Shown piece after piece: positions 1 to 8,776 of a stretch of DNA of 22,638 nt. The notes beneath the pieces were generated by a model. It saw only the letters and a list, made by a program, of their open reading frames with translations. It made no database searches and was not told where the DNA came from. How positions within the stretch are numbered: position 1 is the stretch's first letter; each line of letters starts with the position of its first letter. Both the position numbers and the translations under genes were made by a program. Source of the DNA: Rhodothermales bacterium (GTDB lineage Bacteria; Bacteroidota; Rhodothermia; Rhodothermales; VXPQ01); contig JBBDTI010000039.1 of assembly GCA_040904565.1 (NCBI GenBank), positions 17,191 through 39,828 of the forward strand, given 5' to 3'.

Positions 1-1
1 C

Positions 2-424
2 CTCAGGATCGGCCACGAGCATGGCCTCCTTCAGGAAACGGGCGACGAAGTCGGAGGCTTCGGGGCGACCGGAAAAATCGATGGTCACGTCGAACGTTGC
101 ACGTCCGCGATTGACCTTCAGCACGACGCGTCGCCCTCCGATCCATTTCCGCCGCGGGTTGACCCCTACGACATCTGCATACCGAACCTCGTGGACGGGA
201 TCGAGGCCGTGATTCTGAAATACGAGGCGATCGGCGGTGAAAAGGGCGCCGTCCTTCGCGTTACCCATGAGCGTCGCGTCGTAGAGGGCCAGCACTTCCG
301 ACGCTTCGATGCTATCGGCATAATCGCCGAGTGCATTCCGCAGCTTGGATGGTGGGATGTTCGGCGCGAGATAGAGGCCCATCTGCGGCGCGTGCGGGAT
401 AAGTTCTTCTACGAGCTGCCGCAT
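2..424 (-). CDS. Hypothetical protein, 3' end truncated by the window edge (not in ORF track)
   Basis: My translation from ATG at 424 is open to the window edge: MRQLVEELIPHAPQMGLYLAPNIPPSKLRNALGDYADSIEASEVLALYDATLMGNAKDGALFTADRLVFQNHGLDPVHEVRYADVVGV...FLKEAMLVADPE. It has protein-like composition, GC3-biased codons and a GGAG just upstream, and starts 54 nt after the nuoN stop on the same strand. Confidence 0.8.
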   Translation of the reverse strand, partial: MRQLVEELIPHAPQMGLYLAPNIPPSKLRNALGDYADSIEASEVLALYDATLMGNAKDGALFTADRLVFQNHGLDPVHEVRYADVVGVNPRRKWIGGRRVVLKVNRGRATFDVTIDFSGRPEASDFVARFLKEAMLVADPE

Positions 425-478
425 GGGCTCCGGGATCGGGTGGTGTGTGCTTCCGGTTTAACGCTCCGCCTCAAACCC

Positions 479-1981
479 TCAGGGCGTCACCGCCATCTGA
501 ACCGCCAGATCGGGGAAGAACGAACCCGTCACTTCGAGCAGGCCCGGCAGGACGCCCAGCGCGAGCAGCGCCGCCGCGCAAACGACCAGCACCACGGCGG
601 ACGCCATCGGAACGGGAAACGCGAGTCCGGCCACGTCGTCGGCCGCAGGCACGTCTTCCGGCTCCTGCATGAAGAATACGTAGAGTACGCGGAGATAGTA
701 GAAGGCCGAGACGGCGCTGGCCAGGACGCCGATAATCACGAGCCACGTATATCCCGCCTCTATCGCCGGAGCGAAAATGGCATACTTGCCGAGGAACCCG
801 CCCAGCGGCGGGAAACCCGTCAGACTGAACATGAAGAAGCCCATCGTCACGCCGAGCAGCGGCTTGCGAAGACCGACCCCCGCGAGCGAATCGAGCGACT
901 GCTCGCGTCCGGCGTGACCGTCCCACTCCAGCAGCGCCATCACGCCGAAGGCGCCGATGTTCATGAGCGAATAGACGAGCAGGTAATACAGCGCGCCGGA
1001 GTACGCCGCGGCGGTACCCGCGGCGAGCCCCACGAGCACGTATCCGCCGTGTGCGACGGAAGAATACGCGAGCATCCGCTTGACGTTCTTCTGGGAGATG
1101 GCCAGCAGATTCCCCACCACCATCGTCACGACCGCGATGACGGCCAGCACGGGACCCCATCGCTCCGCCGGCACGGCGTAATAGAGGATGAGGATGAGCG
1201 ACGCGAAGGCCGCCGCCTTCGAGGCTGTCGACATATAGCCGACGAGCGTCGTCGGCGCCCCCTGGTACACGTCGGGCGTCCACATGTGAAAGGGCGCCGC
1301 GCTGACCTTGAAGAAGAAACCGATCAGCAGCAGAGCCACGCCGGCCCAGAACAGAACGTTGAACCCATTTTCCTCGAGCCCGGCCGCCATATCCGGCAGG
1401 TACATCGTCCCCGTTGCTCCGTAGAGCAGTGCGATGCCGTACAGAAAGAAGCCCGTCGAAAACGCACCGAGCAGGAAATACTTGAGCGCACTCTCGGTGG
1501 CCCCTTCGTCGTCGCGAACGAGTCCCGTCAGGATATAGAGACAGATGGACATGGTCTCGAGGCCGACGAAAACCGTCACCAGATTATTCGCCGTGCCGAG
1601 CGTGATCATGCCGGCCGTCGCAAACAGTATCAGCGCGTACACCTCCCCGTACGCGTGCTTGATCCGTTCGAGGTAGGGTACCGACAGGACGACGCTGAGG
1701 AGCGCGCTCGAAAGGATCACGACGTTTACGAACGCCGCATATCCGCCCGTACGGACCATCCCGTGAAACGCCGTCCCTGTCTCTACGTCCAGGCGAAAGA
1801 GCTCCACCACGACGGCGGCGGCGAGAACGGCACCGGCCGCCCAGGGAATCTCTCGCGCGTTGTTGCGAAAGGCGTCCCAGACGACGAGGACGAGGCCCAT
1901 CACCGTCACCAGAACGAGTGAGGAGGTCATCCCCATATCCGTCAGAAAAGCGTCGTAAGCTTGGCTAAGCTCCATATCCAT
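479..1981 (-). CDS. nuoN: NADH-quinone oxidoreductase subunit N
   Basis: About 14 TM segments. Motifs FVGLETMS, ESALKYFLLG, FKVSAAPFHMWTPDVYQGAPT, KRMLAYSSVAH and SLTGFPPLGGFLGK. The start could instead be the ATG at 1975. Confidence 0.96.
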   Translation of the reverse strand: MDMELSQAYDAFLTDMGMTSSLVLVTVMGLVLVVWDAFRNNAREIPWAAGAVLAAAVVVELFRLDVETGTAFHGMVRTGGYAAFVNVVILSSALLSVVLSVPYLERIKHAYGEVYALILFATAGMITLGTANNLVTVFVGLETMSICLYILTGLVRDDEGATESALKYFLLGAFSTGFFLYGIALLYGATGTMYLPDMAAGLEENGFNVLFWAGVALLLIGFFFKVSAAPFHMWTPDVYQGAPTTLVGYMSTASKAAAFASLILILYYAVPAERWGPVLAVIAVVTMVVGNLLAISQKNVKRMLAYSSVAHGGYVLVGLAAGTAAAYSGALYYLLVYSLMNIGAFGVMALLEWDGHAGREQSLDSLAGVGLRKPLLGVTMGFFMFSLTGFPPLGGFLGKYAIFAPAIEAGYTWLVIIGVLASAVSAFYYLRVLYVFFMQEPEDVPAADDVAGLAFPVPMASAVVLVVCAAALLALGVLPGLLEVTGSFFPDLAVQMAVTP

Positions 1982-2052
1982 AGGTATCGGATGACCCCTT
2001 GTCGTCGCGCCGGTCCGTAGGACGCCGTGCAGCGATCATAGAGGGGCAAACT

Positions 2053-2331
2053 CTAGAGAGTGTCTATCTTCTTTGCCAGTTCGACGTCGGCGGCGGTCAC
2101 CTTGCCGCCCGCATCGTGCGTGTTCAGCGCGATATCGACCTGGTTGTATACGTTATGCAGTTCCGGATGATGGTTGAGCACCTCCGCTTCGAACGCGACG
2201 CGGACGATGAATCCGACCGCGGAGCGAAAATCATCGAAGGTAAAGCTCCTCTTCAGCCGGTCGTCGTCGAACGTCCATCCATCGAGGTCCTTCAACGCGG
2301 CGTCGATCTCATCCTGGTTTAGCGGCTTCAT
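2053..2331 (-). CDS. pcd: Pterin-4-alpha-carbinolamine dehydratase (PCD/PhhB family), 92 aa
   Basis: MKPLNQDEIDAALKDLDGW...FDDFRSAVGF...AEVLNHHPEL...NTHDAGGKVTAADVELA carries the E-x3-HHP catalytic motif. GAGGA lies 9 nt upstream of the ATG at 2331, so the track's start at 2457, which overlaps the previous gene, is an over-extension. Confidence 0.93.
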   Translation of the reverse strand: MKPLNQDEIDAALKDLDGWTFDDDRLKRSFTFDDFRSAVGFIVRVAFEAEVLNHHPELHNVYNQVDIALNTHDAGGKVTAADVELAKKIDTL

Positions 2332-2438
2332 AGCATGCAATCCTCGATCGAACAGATTAACTCGTGTTCGTGGGTGTCTCGCGCGCCGCCCGTGCAAGCG
2401 GGACGACGAACGTCGTGATGTTATACGACCCGAAGCCC

Positions 2439-4004
2439 CTACAGTTGGATGACCCATCCGCTGTAGAAGACCACCCAGACGACGAAGTAGACCGGAACCA
2501 GTATCGGCAGCGAGTACTTCACGATGTAGCCGACGAAGCTGGGCGCTTCGACGCCGCTGCTTTCGGCGATGGCCTTGACCATGAAGTTCGGTGCGTTGCC
2601 GATGTACGTCATCGCGCCGAAAAATACGGCCGCGACGGAGATCGCTTGCAGGAAGATCCAGGATTCAGGATGCGCGACCTCCGGTAGGGCCATGTCCACG
2701 ACCTCGGCGGCGAGGTTCACGTCCAGCCCGAATTTGCCCATGGCCGCGGCCAGGAAATTCAGGTATGTGGGGGCGTTGTCGAGAATGCCCGAGAGCGCAC
2801 CCGTTCCCCAGTAGAACATGCCTACCGTCAGGGACTCCGAATTGTTGGCGGCAAACGCGCTGATCAGCTGCAGGGCCGGCTGCATCGTCGCGAAGATGCC
2901 GAGAAAGAGCCATCCCACCTCGCGGATGGGTTCGAACGAAAATTCGTTCTTCGTCATCGCTTCCTTATCCGCAAACTTGTAGGCAAGCACGCAGACCGAA
3001 AACATGACCAGCTCCCTAATACCGAAGGGCATGTGAAGCCCCACAATGTAGAGCTCCGGCACCCAGTCGAATACGTTGGGGTCGATGAAGACGGAGAGGA
3101 TGATGATCAGCACCCACCAGAAGGACTTTACCCCGACGAAACTGATCTTCTTCTTGTCGGGATTCGCCTCCGGGCTCACGGCCGTGTTGCGCGAATCGAT
3201 GACGTAGAAGATGAGCAGCAGCAGCAGTACCGTCGGCAGCCAGATGTACCATACGTGCGTGAGCGTCCAGAAGAAGGGAACGCCGCGCAGAAAGCCCAGG
3301 AACAGGGGTGGGTCGCCGATGGGCGTGAGCGCCCCTCCAACGTTTGCGATCAGAAAGATGAAGAAGGCGATGTGGTACGGCTTCAGCCGGCCCTCGTTCA
3401 GGCGCATGTACGGGCGGATGAACAGCATCGCCGCGCCCGTCGTGGCGATGACATTGGCCACTACCGAACCGATGAAAAGGAGAATCGAGTTCGTGATGGG
3501 CGTGCCGCGCGCGTTCACGCTAAGAAAGATGCCCGACGCGGCGATGAACAGCGACGCTACGAGCGCGATGAACGACAGGTACTCCTCCAGCGCGTGCACC
3601 ATCGCGATGGGCGAGTGCAGCACGAAGAGATAGTAAAAGGCCGTAAACGCACCCAGGCCGATGGCATATTTCGGATAGTGATGGTGCCAGTGGTGCGGAT
3701 AGAAGAGCGGTCCGGTCGCGATCATGATCAGGATCGCCACGAACGGAAGCACGAGCCACACGGGTGGGAGCGCGCCGTGGCCGTCATCTCCGGATTCGCC
3801 TTCAGCCGCTTCCTGGCCCGCCTCCTGAGGGGCGCTCGTCGCCACGATCTGTTCCGCGTCGACGGACTGCTCCACCGACTGAGGTACCGCCAGCGCGGCG
3901 GATGGACGCAGCGCACCGACCGCGAGCAGCAGCGCTATCGCCACGAACAGCGAGCCAACGGTCGGCCGGAACGAGGAAGAACGGACAAAACTACCGAATC
4001 GCAT
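2439..4004 (-). CDS. Ion transporter (IT) superfamily protein, NhaD-like / 'sodium:proton antiporter' (CitMHS_2-type)
   Basis: Polytopic membrane protein with ANVGGALTPIGDPPLFLGFLRGVPFFW, SGILDNAPTYL and AVFFGAMTYIGNAPNFMVKAIAE. It has a signal-like N-terminus and an acidic linker, and starts 5 nt after the nuoM stop. Confidence 0.85.
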   Translation of the reverse strand: MRFGSFVRSSSFRPTVGSLFVAIALLLAVGALRPSAALAVPQSVEQSVDAEQIVATSAPQEAGQEAAEGESGDDGHGALPPVWLVLPFVAILIMIATGPLFYPHHWHHHYPKYAIGLGAFTAFYYLFVLHSPIAMVHALEEYLSFIALVASLFIAASGIFLSVNARGTPITNSILLFIGSVVANVIATTGAAMLFIRPYMRLNEGRLKPYHIAFFIFLIANVGGALTPIGDPPLFLGFLRGVPFFWTLTHVWYIWLPTVLLLLLIFYVIDSRNTAVSPEANPDKKKISFVGVKSFWWVLIIILSVFIDPNVFDWVPELYIVGLHMPFGIRELVMFSVCVLAYKFADKEAMTKNEFSFEPIREVGWLFLGIFATMQPALQLISAFAANNSESLTVGMFYWGTGALSGILDNAPTYLNFLAAAMGKFGLDVNLAAEVVDMALPEVAHPESWIFLQAISVAAVFFGAMTYIGNAPNFMVKAIAESSGVEAPSFVGYIVKYSLPILVPVYFVVWVVFYSGWVIQL

Positions 4005-4009
4005 CGTTT

Positions 4010-5650
4010 TCAGGGGTGAGTTGCTACGGGAGCCGATGTGGAGGGATGGTTCGCGCCCCTCCCGTCAGGTTCGGTCGACGGCGCGTCGAAAAACGAAGCA
4101 ACGTTCTCCGCTTCGTGCGCCTCGATAGCCGCGACCCTTTTCTGTTCGATCGTTTCCAGCAAAAAATCGGTCATCGGTTCGCTTTTCTGCAAGAACGTAT
4201 TCGGCGCAAAACCCAGGATGACCATCAGTAAAGCCAGCGGTGCCATGAGCGCGATCTCGCGCCCGTTCATGTCTACCATCGACCGATTCGCATCGTTGTC
4301 GAGCGGACCGTAGAAGGTACGATAGACCATCCACAGCAGGTACACGGCGGCGAGGATGACGCCGGTCGTCGCGAGAGCGACGAGCATGGGTGACGCCAGG
4401 ACGTCGCTCTTGAAGGCGCCGAGCAGGATGAGAAACTCACCGACGAATCCGTTCAGTCCGGGTAGCCCGGCCGAAGCGAGCACCGAAAACACCATAAAGA
4501 AGGTGAGGATCGGCACCGCCTTCGCAAGCCCCCCGAAGTCGCCCATCTCACGAGTGTGGCGCCGTTCGTAAAGCATACCGACGAGAAGGAAGAGGGCGCC
4601 CGTAGAGATGCCGTGGTTCACCATCTGAATGACGGCCCCCTGCATCGCTTCCGCCGTGAAGGCGAAGATTCCAAGCACGACGAAGCCGAGGTGACTCACG
4701 GAGGAATAGGCGACGAGCCTCTTCGCATCCGACTGCACGCGGGATATGAGCGCCGCGTAGATGATGCCGATGACGGCGAGGACGGCGAATGCCATGGCGT
4801 AATCCTGCGCCGCATTCGGAAAGAAGGGTAGGCAGAATCGGACCAGGCCGTACGTGCCCATCTTCAGGAGAACGCCCGCCAGGATGACCGAACCGCCCGT
4901 CGGCGCCTCCACGTGCGCGTCCGGCAGCCAGGTGTGCAGCGGGAAGAGCGGCACCTTGATCGCGAACGACAGTGCGAACAGTACGAAGAGCCACCCCTGG
5001 AGCCCGATCGGCGTATTGTAGGCCAGCAGCTTGTACCAGTCCGTCGTGAACACACCGCCGTTCACCGCATTCCCGGCCAGATAGCCCAAATACAGGATGC
5101 CCACGAGCATGAGCAGGGAGCCCACGAGCGTGAAGAGCACGAATTTCACGGCGGCGTAGATGCGTCGCTCGCCGCCCCAGATGCCGATGATGAAATACAT
5201 CGGGATGAGCGTCAGCTCGAAGAAGATATAGAACAGAAACACGTCGAAGGAGCAGAACACGCCCGTGACGCCGGTCTGGAGGATGAGAAGCAGCGTGTAG
5301 TACGCCTTTCGCCGCTCGCCGATGTAATGCCACGACGACAGGACTACGATCGGGCCCAGCAGCGTCGTCAGCATGACGAGCAGGATGCTCAACCCGTCGA
5401 TGCCGACGTAATACTTGATATCCATCGCATCCGGGAACCAGGACGAAGACAGGTCGGCCAGCTGCGGAGCCGCGGCGGTACTGATGGACGGGTCGAACCC
5501 GACGTACAGCCCGATCGACAGCAGAAACGTAAGCGACGTGGTCCCCAGGGCCGTCCATCGGACGGCCTGATCGCCGCGAACGACCATCGTCAACAACGCT
5601 CCCACGAGGGGGAGGAAGATGACCATGGACGTGAGATAAGGTATCGACAT
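4010..5650 (-). CDS. nuoM: NADH-quinone oxidoreductase subunit M
   Basis: Motifs FYIFFELTLIPMYFIIGIWG, IKVPLFPLHTWLPDAHVEAPTGGSVILAGVLLKMGTYG, KRLVAYSSVSHLGF and GLPGLNGFVGEFLIL. Confidence 0.97.
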   Translation of the reverse strand: MSIPYLTSMVIFLPLVGALLTMVVRGDQAVRWTALGTTSLTFLLSIGLYVGFDPSISTAAAPQLADLSSSWFPDAMDIKYYVGIDGLSILLVMLTTLLGPIVVLSSWHYIGERRKAYYTLLLILQTGVTGVFCSFDVFLFYIFFELTLIPMYFIIGIWGGERRIYAAVKFVLFTLVGSLLMLVGILYLGYLAGNAVNGGVFTTDWYKLLAYNTPIGLQGWLFVLFALSFAIKVPLFPLHTWLPDAHVEAPTGGSVILAGVLLKMGTYGLVRFCLPFFPNAAQDYAMAFAVLAVIGIIYAALISRVQSDAKRLVAYSSVSHLGFVVLGIFAFTAEAMQGAVIQMVNHGISTGALFLLVGMLYERRHTREMGDFGGLAKAVPILTFFMVFSVLASAGLPGLNGFVGEFLILLGAFKSDVLASPMLVALATTGVILAAVYLLWMVYRTFYGPLDNDANRSMVDMNGREIALMAPLALLMVILGFAPNTFLQKSEPMTDFLLETIEQKRVAAIEAHEAENVASFFDAPSTEPDGRGANHPSTSAPVATHP

Positions 5651-5669
5651 CTATCTTCGAACGAATGGG

Positions 5670-7712
5670 TTACACGAAGAGCATCAAGGCAACGACGAGG
5701 AGGACGCCCAGCACGATCGCCGCGGCGTAATTCTGCACGCGTCCGGTCTGGATATAGCGCAGCGCGCCGCTGGCCGCGGCGGTCAAGCCGGCCACGCCGT
5801 TGACGGCACCATCCACCACCCGCGCGTCGAACCTCGCGAACCCCTTGTCGGCGAGACGCATCAGCGGGCGAACCACGGTGCTGTCGTAGAACTCATCCCA
5901 GTAGAATTTGCCCTGGGCGACCTCGTACAAAATTCCGAAGCGCCCGGCAAGCCGATCGTCGTACGCCAGTCCGTGCGTACGATAGGCCCTCACGGCAAAC
6001 GTCACCCCCCCGATGGCGATCAGCGCACCCAGCGTGATGAGCACCCACTCGATCACGACGAAGCCGGCGCCGTGGGCCACAGTCACGGGCTCAGCCACCG
6101 GTCCGCCGTACGGAGACCCTAGCCAGTGGTGGATCCAGTTTAAGTCTCCGTGCGCGATGACCGCCGGCAATCCGAGAAAGCCGCCGACGGCGGCCAATGC
6201 CGCGAGGATCCACAGCGGTACGGTCATCGTGGCGGGCGACTCATGCGGCTTGATGCGGTCGGCGCCGGGCCAGCGCTCGCTCCCCTTAAACGTGAGCATG
6301 TAGGAGCGCATCATATAAACGGCTGTAAGGAAGGCCGTGATCAGGCCGAGGATCCAGACGAAATAGGCGTATGCGTGTCCGTTATATCCGTACTCGAATG
6401 CCTTGAAGAGAATTTCGTCCTTCGAAAAGAAGCCCGCCAGCGGCGGAACGCCCGCGATGGCCAGCGTAGAAATTAAATAGGTCTTGCTGGTGCTGGGCAT
6501 GTACTTCGCCAGACCGCCCATGGTACGCATATCCTGCGGATCGAACGGCTCGGCGTCGGCGTGTTCGCCACCGTGGTCCGGCGAGCTTTGCTCCGCGCCG
6601 TGCTCCCGTTCGTGCTCCAGGTCATGTTCGACGCCGTGCATCGCGTGGATGACGCTGCCCGACCCAAGGAAGAGGCAACCTTTGAAGAAGGCATGGGTCA
6701 TCACGTGGAAGATCGAAACGAAAAACGCCCCGACGCCGGCCGCGGCAAACATATACCCAAGCTGCGAGACCGTGGAATAGGCCAGCACCTTCTTAATGTC
6801 GTTCTGCGTCATCGCGATCAGCGCTGCCATAATGGCGGTCACGCCGCCCACGATCGCGACGACGGCCATCATCGTCGGCGCGTTGAGCACGATGGGTGAC
6901 AGCCGCGCGAGAAGGTAGAGTCCGCTCGTCACCATGGTAGCGGCGTGGATAAGTGCCGAAACCGGCGTGGGACCGGCCATAGCGTCCGGCAGCCACGTAA
7001 ACAGGGGAATCTGTGCGCTCTTCCCCGTCGCGCCGATGAAGAGGAGAAGCACGGTCCAGTTCACCACGTTTTGCGGCAGCGCATCGGCTGCCTCGAGTAT
7101 GGGACCGAAATCGAGCGTACCGAGCTCGCGATACAGGATGAACATCGCCATGAGGAAGGCGAAGTCCCCGACGCGGTTCATAATAAACGCCTTGTTCGCC
7201 GCGGCGCTGTTCTTGAGGTCCGCGTACCAGAATCCGATGAGCAGATAGGAGCACAATCCGACCCCTTCCCACCCGAGGAACAGCACCGGCAGGTTATCCG
7301 CCAGCACCAGATTGAGCATGGCGAAGATGAAGAGGTTCAGATAGGCGAAAAAGCGCCAGTACCCCCCATCGCCGTGCATGTACCCGATGGAATACAGGTG
7401 GATGACGCCGCCGACCCCGGTCACGATCATGGTCATGATCAGGGACAGCTCGTCGACGCGGTAGGCGAACGACAGGTTGTAGTCGCCGACGGCCATCCAC
7501 GTATAAAAGTGCGCGAGGACGGGCTCGCCGCCGTAGGTCGTGAACAGGTAGACGGTGATGGCGAACGGGATGGCAACCAGTGCCGTCGCGACGGCGCCGA
7601 TGACTGTTTCCCTGGAGCGCACGGCGGGCAGAAACAGGCCCCCGAGACCGATCGACACGGCCCCCAGAAGGGGCAGCAGAATGATAAGACGTACCAGCAG
7701 ATCTATATCCAT
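5670..7712 (-). CDS. nuoL: NADH-quinone oxidoreductase subunit L
   Basis: Motifs FLGWEGVGLCSYLLIGFW, GKSAQIPLFTWLPDAMAGPTPVSALIHAATMV, DIKKVLAYSTVSQLGYM and THAFFKG. The C-terminus has the lateral helix and QTGRVQNY. Confidence 0.97.
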   Translation of the reverse strand: MDIDLLVRLIILLPLLGAVSIGLGGLFLPAVRSRETVIGAVATALVAIPFAITVYLFTTYGGEPVLAHFYTWMAVGDYNLSFAYRVDELSLIMTMIVTGVGGVIHLYSIGYMHGDGGYWRFFAYLNLFIFAMLNLVLADNLPVLFLGWEGVGLCSYLLIGFWYADLKNSAAANKAFIMNRVGDFAFLMAMFILYRELGTLDFGPILEAADALPQNVVNWTVLLLFIGATGKSAQIPLFTWLPDAMAGPTPVSALIHAATMVTSGLYLLARLSPIVLNAPTMMAVVAIVGGVTAIMAALIAMTQNDIKKVLAYSTVSQLGYMFAAAGVGAFFVSIFHVMTHAFFKGCLFLGSGSVIHAMHGVEHDLEHEREHGAEQSSPDHGGEHADAEPFDPQDMRTMGGLAKYMPSTSKTYLISTLAIAGVPPLAGFFSKDEILFKAFEYGYNGHAYAYFVWILGLITAFLTAVYMMRSYMLTFKGSERWPGADRIKPHESPATMTVPLWILAALAAVGGFLGLPAVIAHGDLNWIHHWLGSPYGGPVAEPVTVAHGAGFVVIEWVLITLGALIAIGGVTFAVRAYRTHGLAYDDRLAGRFGILYEVAQGKFYWDEFYDSTVVRPLMRLADKGFARFDARVVDGAVNGVAGLTAAASGALRYIQTGRVQNYAAAIVLGVLLVVALMLFV

Positions 7713-7760
7713 AATGGATGTGAGCCCGGCGCCTCAGCGGCCGGTCGCTCGCGAATCGCC

Positions 7761-8066
7761 CTAATATTTGAACAGGTTGAACTCGGAAATATCCACCGTC
7801 TCCTTTTTTCGGAACAGTGCGATGACAATGGCCAGGCCGACGGCGGCCTCCGCCGCCGCGACCGACATAACGAAGAATACCAGTATCTGTCCGGACACGT
7901 CCCCCATCGATTGGCTGAAAGCTACTAGCGTCAGATTTACCGCATTCAGCATAAGCTCGACGGACATAAGGACGACGATGACGTTTCGACGCAGCAAAAC
8001 GCCGAGCACGCCGATCACGAAAAGGACCGCGCTGAGCGACAGGTACCAGACTAAGGTAATCTCCAT
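7761..8066 (-). CDS. nuoK: NADH-quinone oxidoreductase subunit K
   Basis: 101 aa with 3 TM segments. Motifs [22 protein letters not shown] and [13 protein letters not shown] include both conserved Glu residues. Confidence 0.97.
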   Translation of the reverse strand: MEITLVWYLSLSAVLFVIGVLGVLLRRNVIVVLMSVELMLNAVNLTLVAFSQSMGDVSGQILVFFVMSVAAAEAAVGLAIVIALFRKKETVDISEFNLFKY

Positions 8067-8138
8067 TTCACCGGGTTACAGGTTGCGGGTGCATCAGGGA
8101 CGCGACCCGGGGCGACCCCGGTACGTCCGCCTGCATGT

Positions 8139-8648
8139 TTACACGAATCGCCTCTTCGCCAGCATGACCGCACCGATGGTTGCCGCGAGAAGCAGCACGC
8201 CGACGACCTCCAGCGGAAGCGCGTAGGTGGTAAACAACTCACGGCCGATCGTCGCGGCCGAGCCTGATTCGGCGGCCATTTCGGGTGATGAGGGAACGGG
8301 GAGTACGTCCAGGCTGGCGGCTACGACGTAGACCAGCTGAGCGAGCACCGCCATCCCCAGCAAGAATGCTACGCCGATCTTCCAGTCCACCAGCTGCAAA
8401 TCGGGCAGCGCGGACAGATTCAGCAGCATGATCACAAACAGAAAGAGCACCATGATCGCGCCGGCATACACGAGAATCTGGATGACGCCGATAAACTGGG
8501 CGTTCATCGTCACGTACAGTACCGCGATGCAAAAAAGATTGAGGACCAGCCAGAGGGCGCTCGAAACGGGACTCCTGGAAACAATGAGCCCGATGCCCGC
8601 GGCTATCGCGACGACGGCAACGAAAAGGAAGAGGATTTGGGCGAGCAT
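8139..8648 (-). CDS. nuoJ: NADH-quinone oxidoreductase subunit J
   Basis: Motifs QILVYAGAIMVLFLFVIMLL and IGRELFTTYALPLEVVGVLLLAATIGAVML. The start at MLAQILF (8648) gives a typical 169 aa, whereas the track's 8780 start runs through the promoter region. Confidence 0.95.
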   Translation of the reverse strand: MLAQILFLFVAVVAIAAGIGLIVSRSPVSSALWLVLNLFCIAVLYVTMNAQFIGVIQILVYAGAIMVLFLFVIMLLNLSALPDLQLVDWKIGVAFLLGMAVLAQLVYVVAASLDVLPVPSSPEMAAESGSAATIGRELFTTYALPLEVVGVLLLAATIGAVMLAKRRFV

Positions 8649-8709
8649 ATAGGCAGACGTACTACTATGGGCATGACCCCACTTGGGCCATATTTCCACA
8701 CAGCAGAAA

Positions 8710-8738
8710 AAGGTAGATAAATCGCCACGCTGGAGCAA
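8710..8738 (-). promoter_or_regulatory. Putative sigma70 promoter of the nuoJ-N operon
   Basis: The minus strand reads TTGCTC-17 nt-TACCTT, about 60 nt upstream of the nuoJ ATG in an AT-richer intergenic gap. Confidence 0.45.
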
Positions 8739-8776
8739 GCAGAAGCCCCATAAAGCCCACGTGAATACGACGCCGC

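Noticed and set aside
471-1283. Same-strand alternative-frame ORFs inside real genes (also 4548-5558, 10472-11248, 14194-15096)
   Set aside because: They are R/G/A/P-rich off-frame translations typical of high-GC DNA. The host genes are intact, so no frameshifting is needed to explain them.
191-1921. 576-aa plus-strand ORF, and similar long ORFs at 3033-4019, 4913-5803, 6945-7928, 12523-13767, 13997-15031 and 16567-17331
   Set aside because: These are antisense shadows of well-supported genes. Their R/H/E/D-rich composition is what the reverse complement of GC-rich, hydrophobic coding sequence produces, and they have no recognisable motifs.
8097-8128. GC hairpin between nuoJ and nuoK (ccgggg-cga-ccccgg core)
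   Set aside because: It has no U-tract and is short and GC-rich. It could be a processing or stability element, but I cannot distinguish it from chance.
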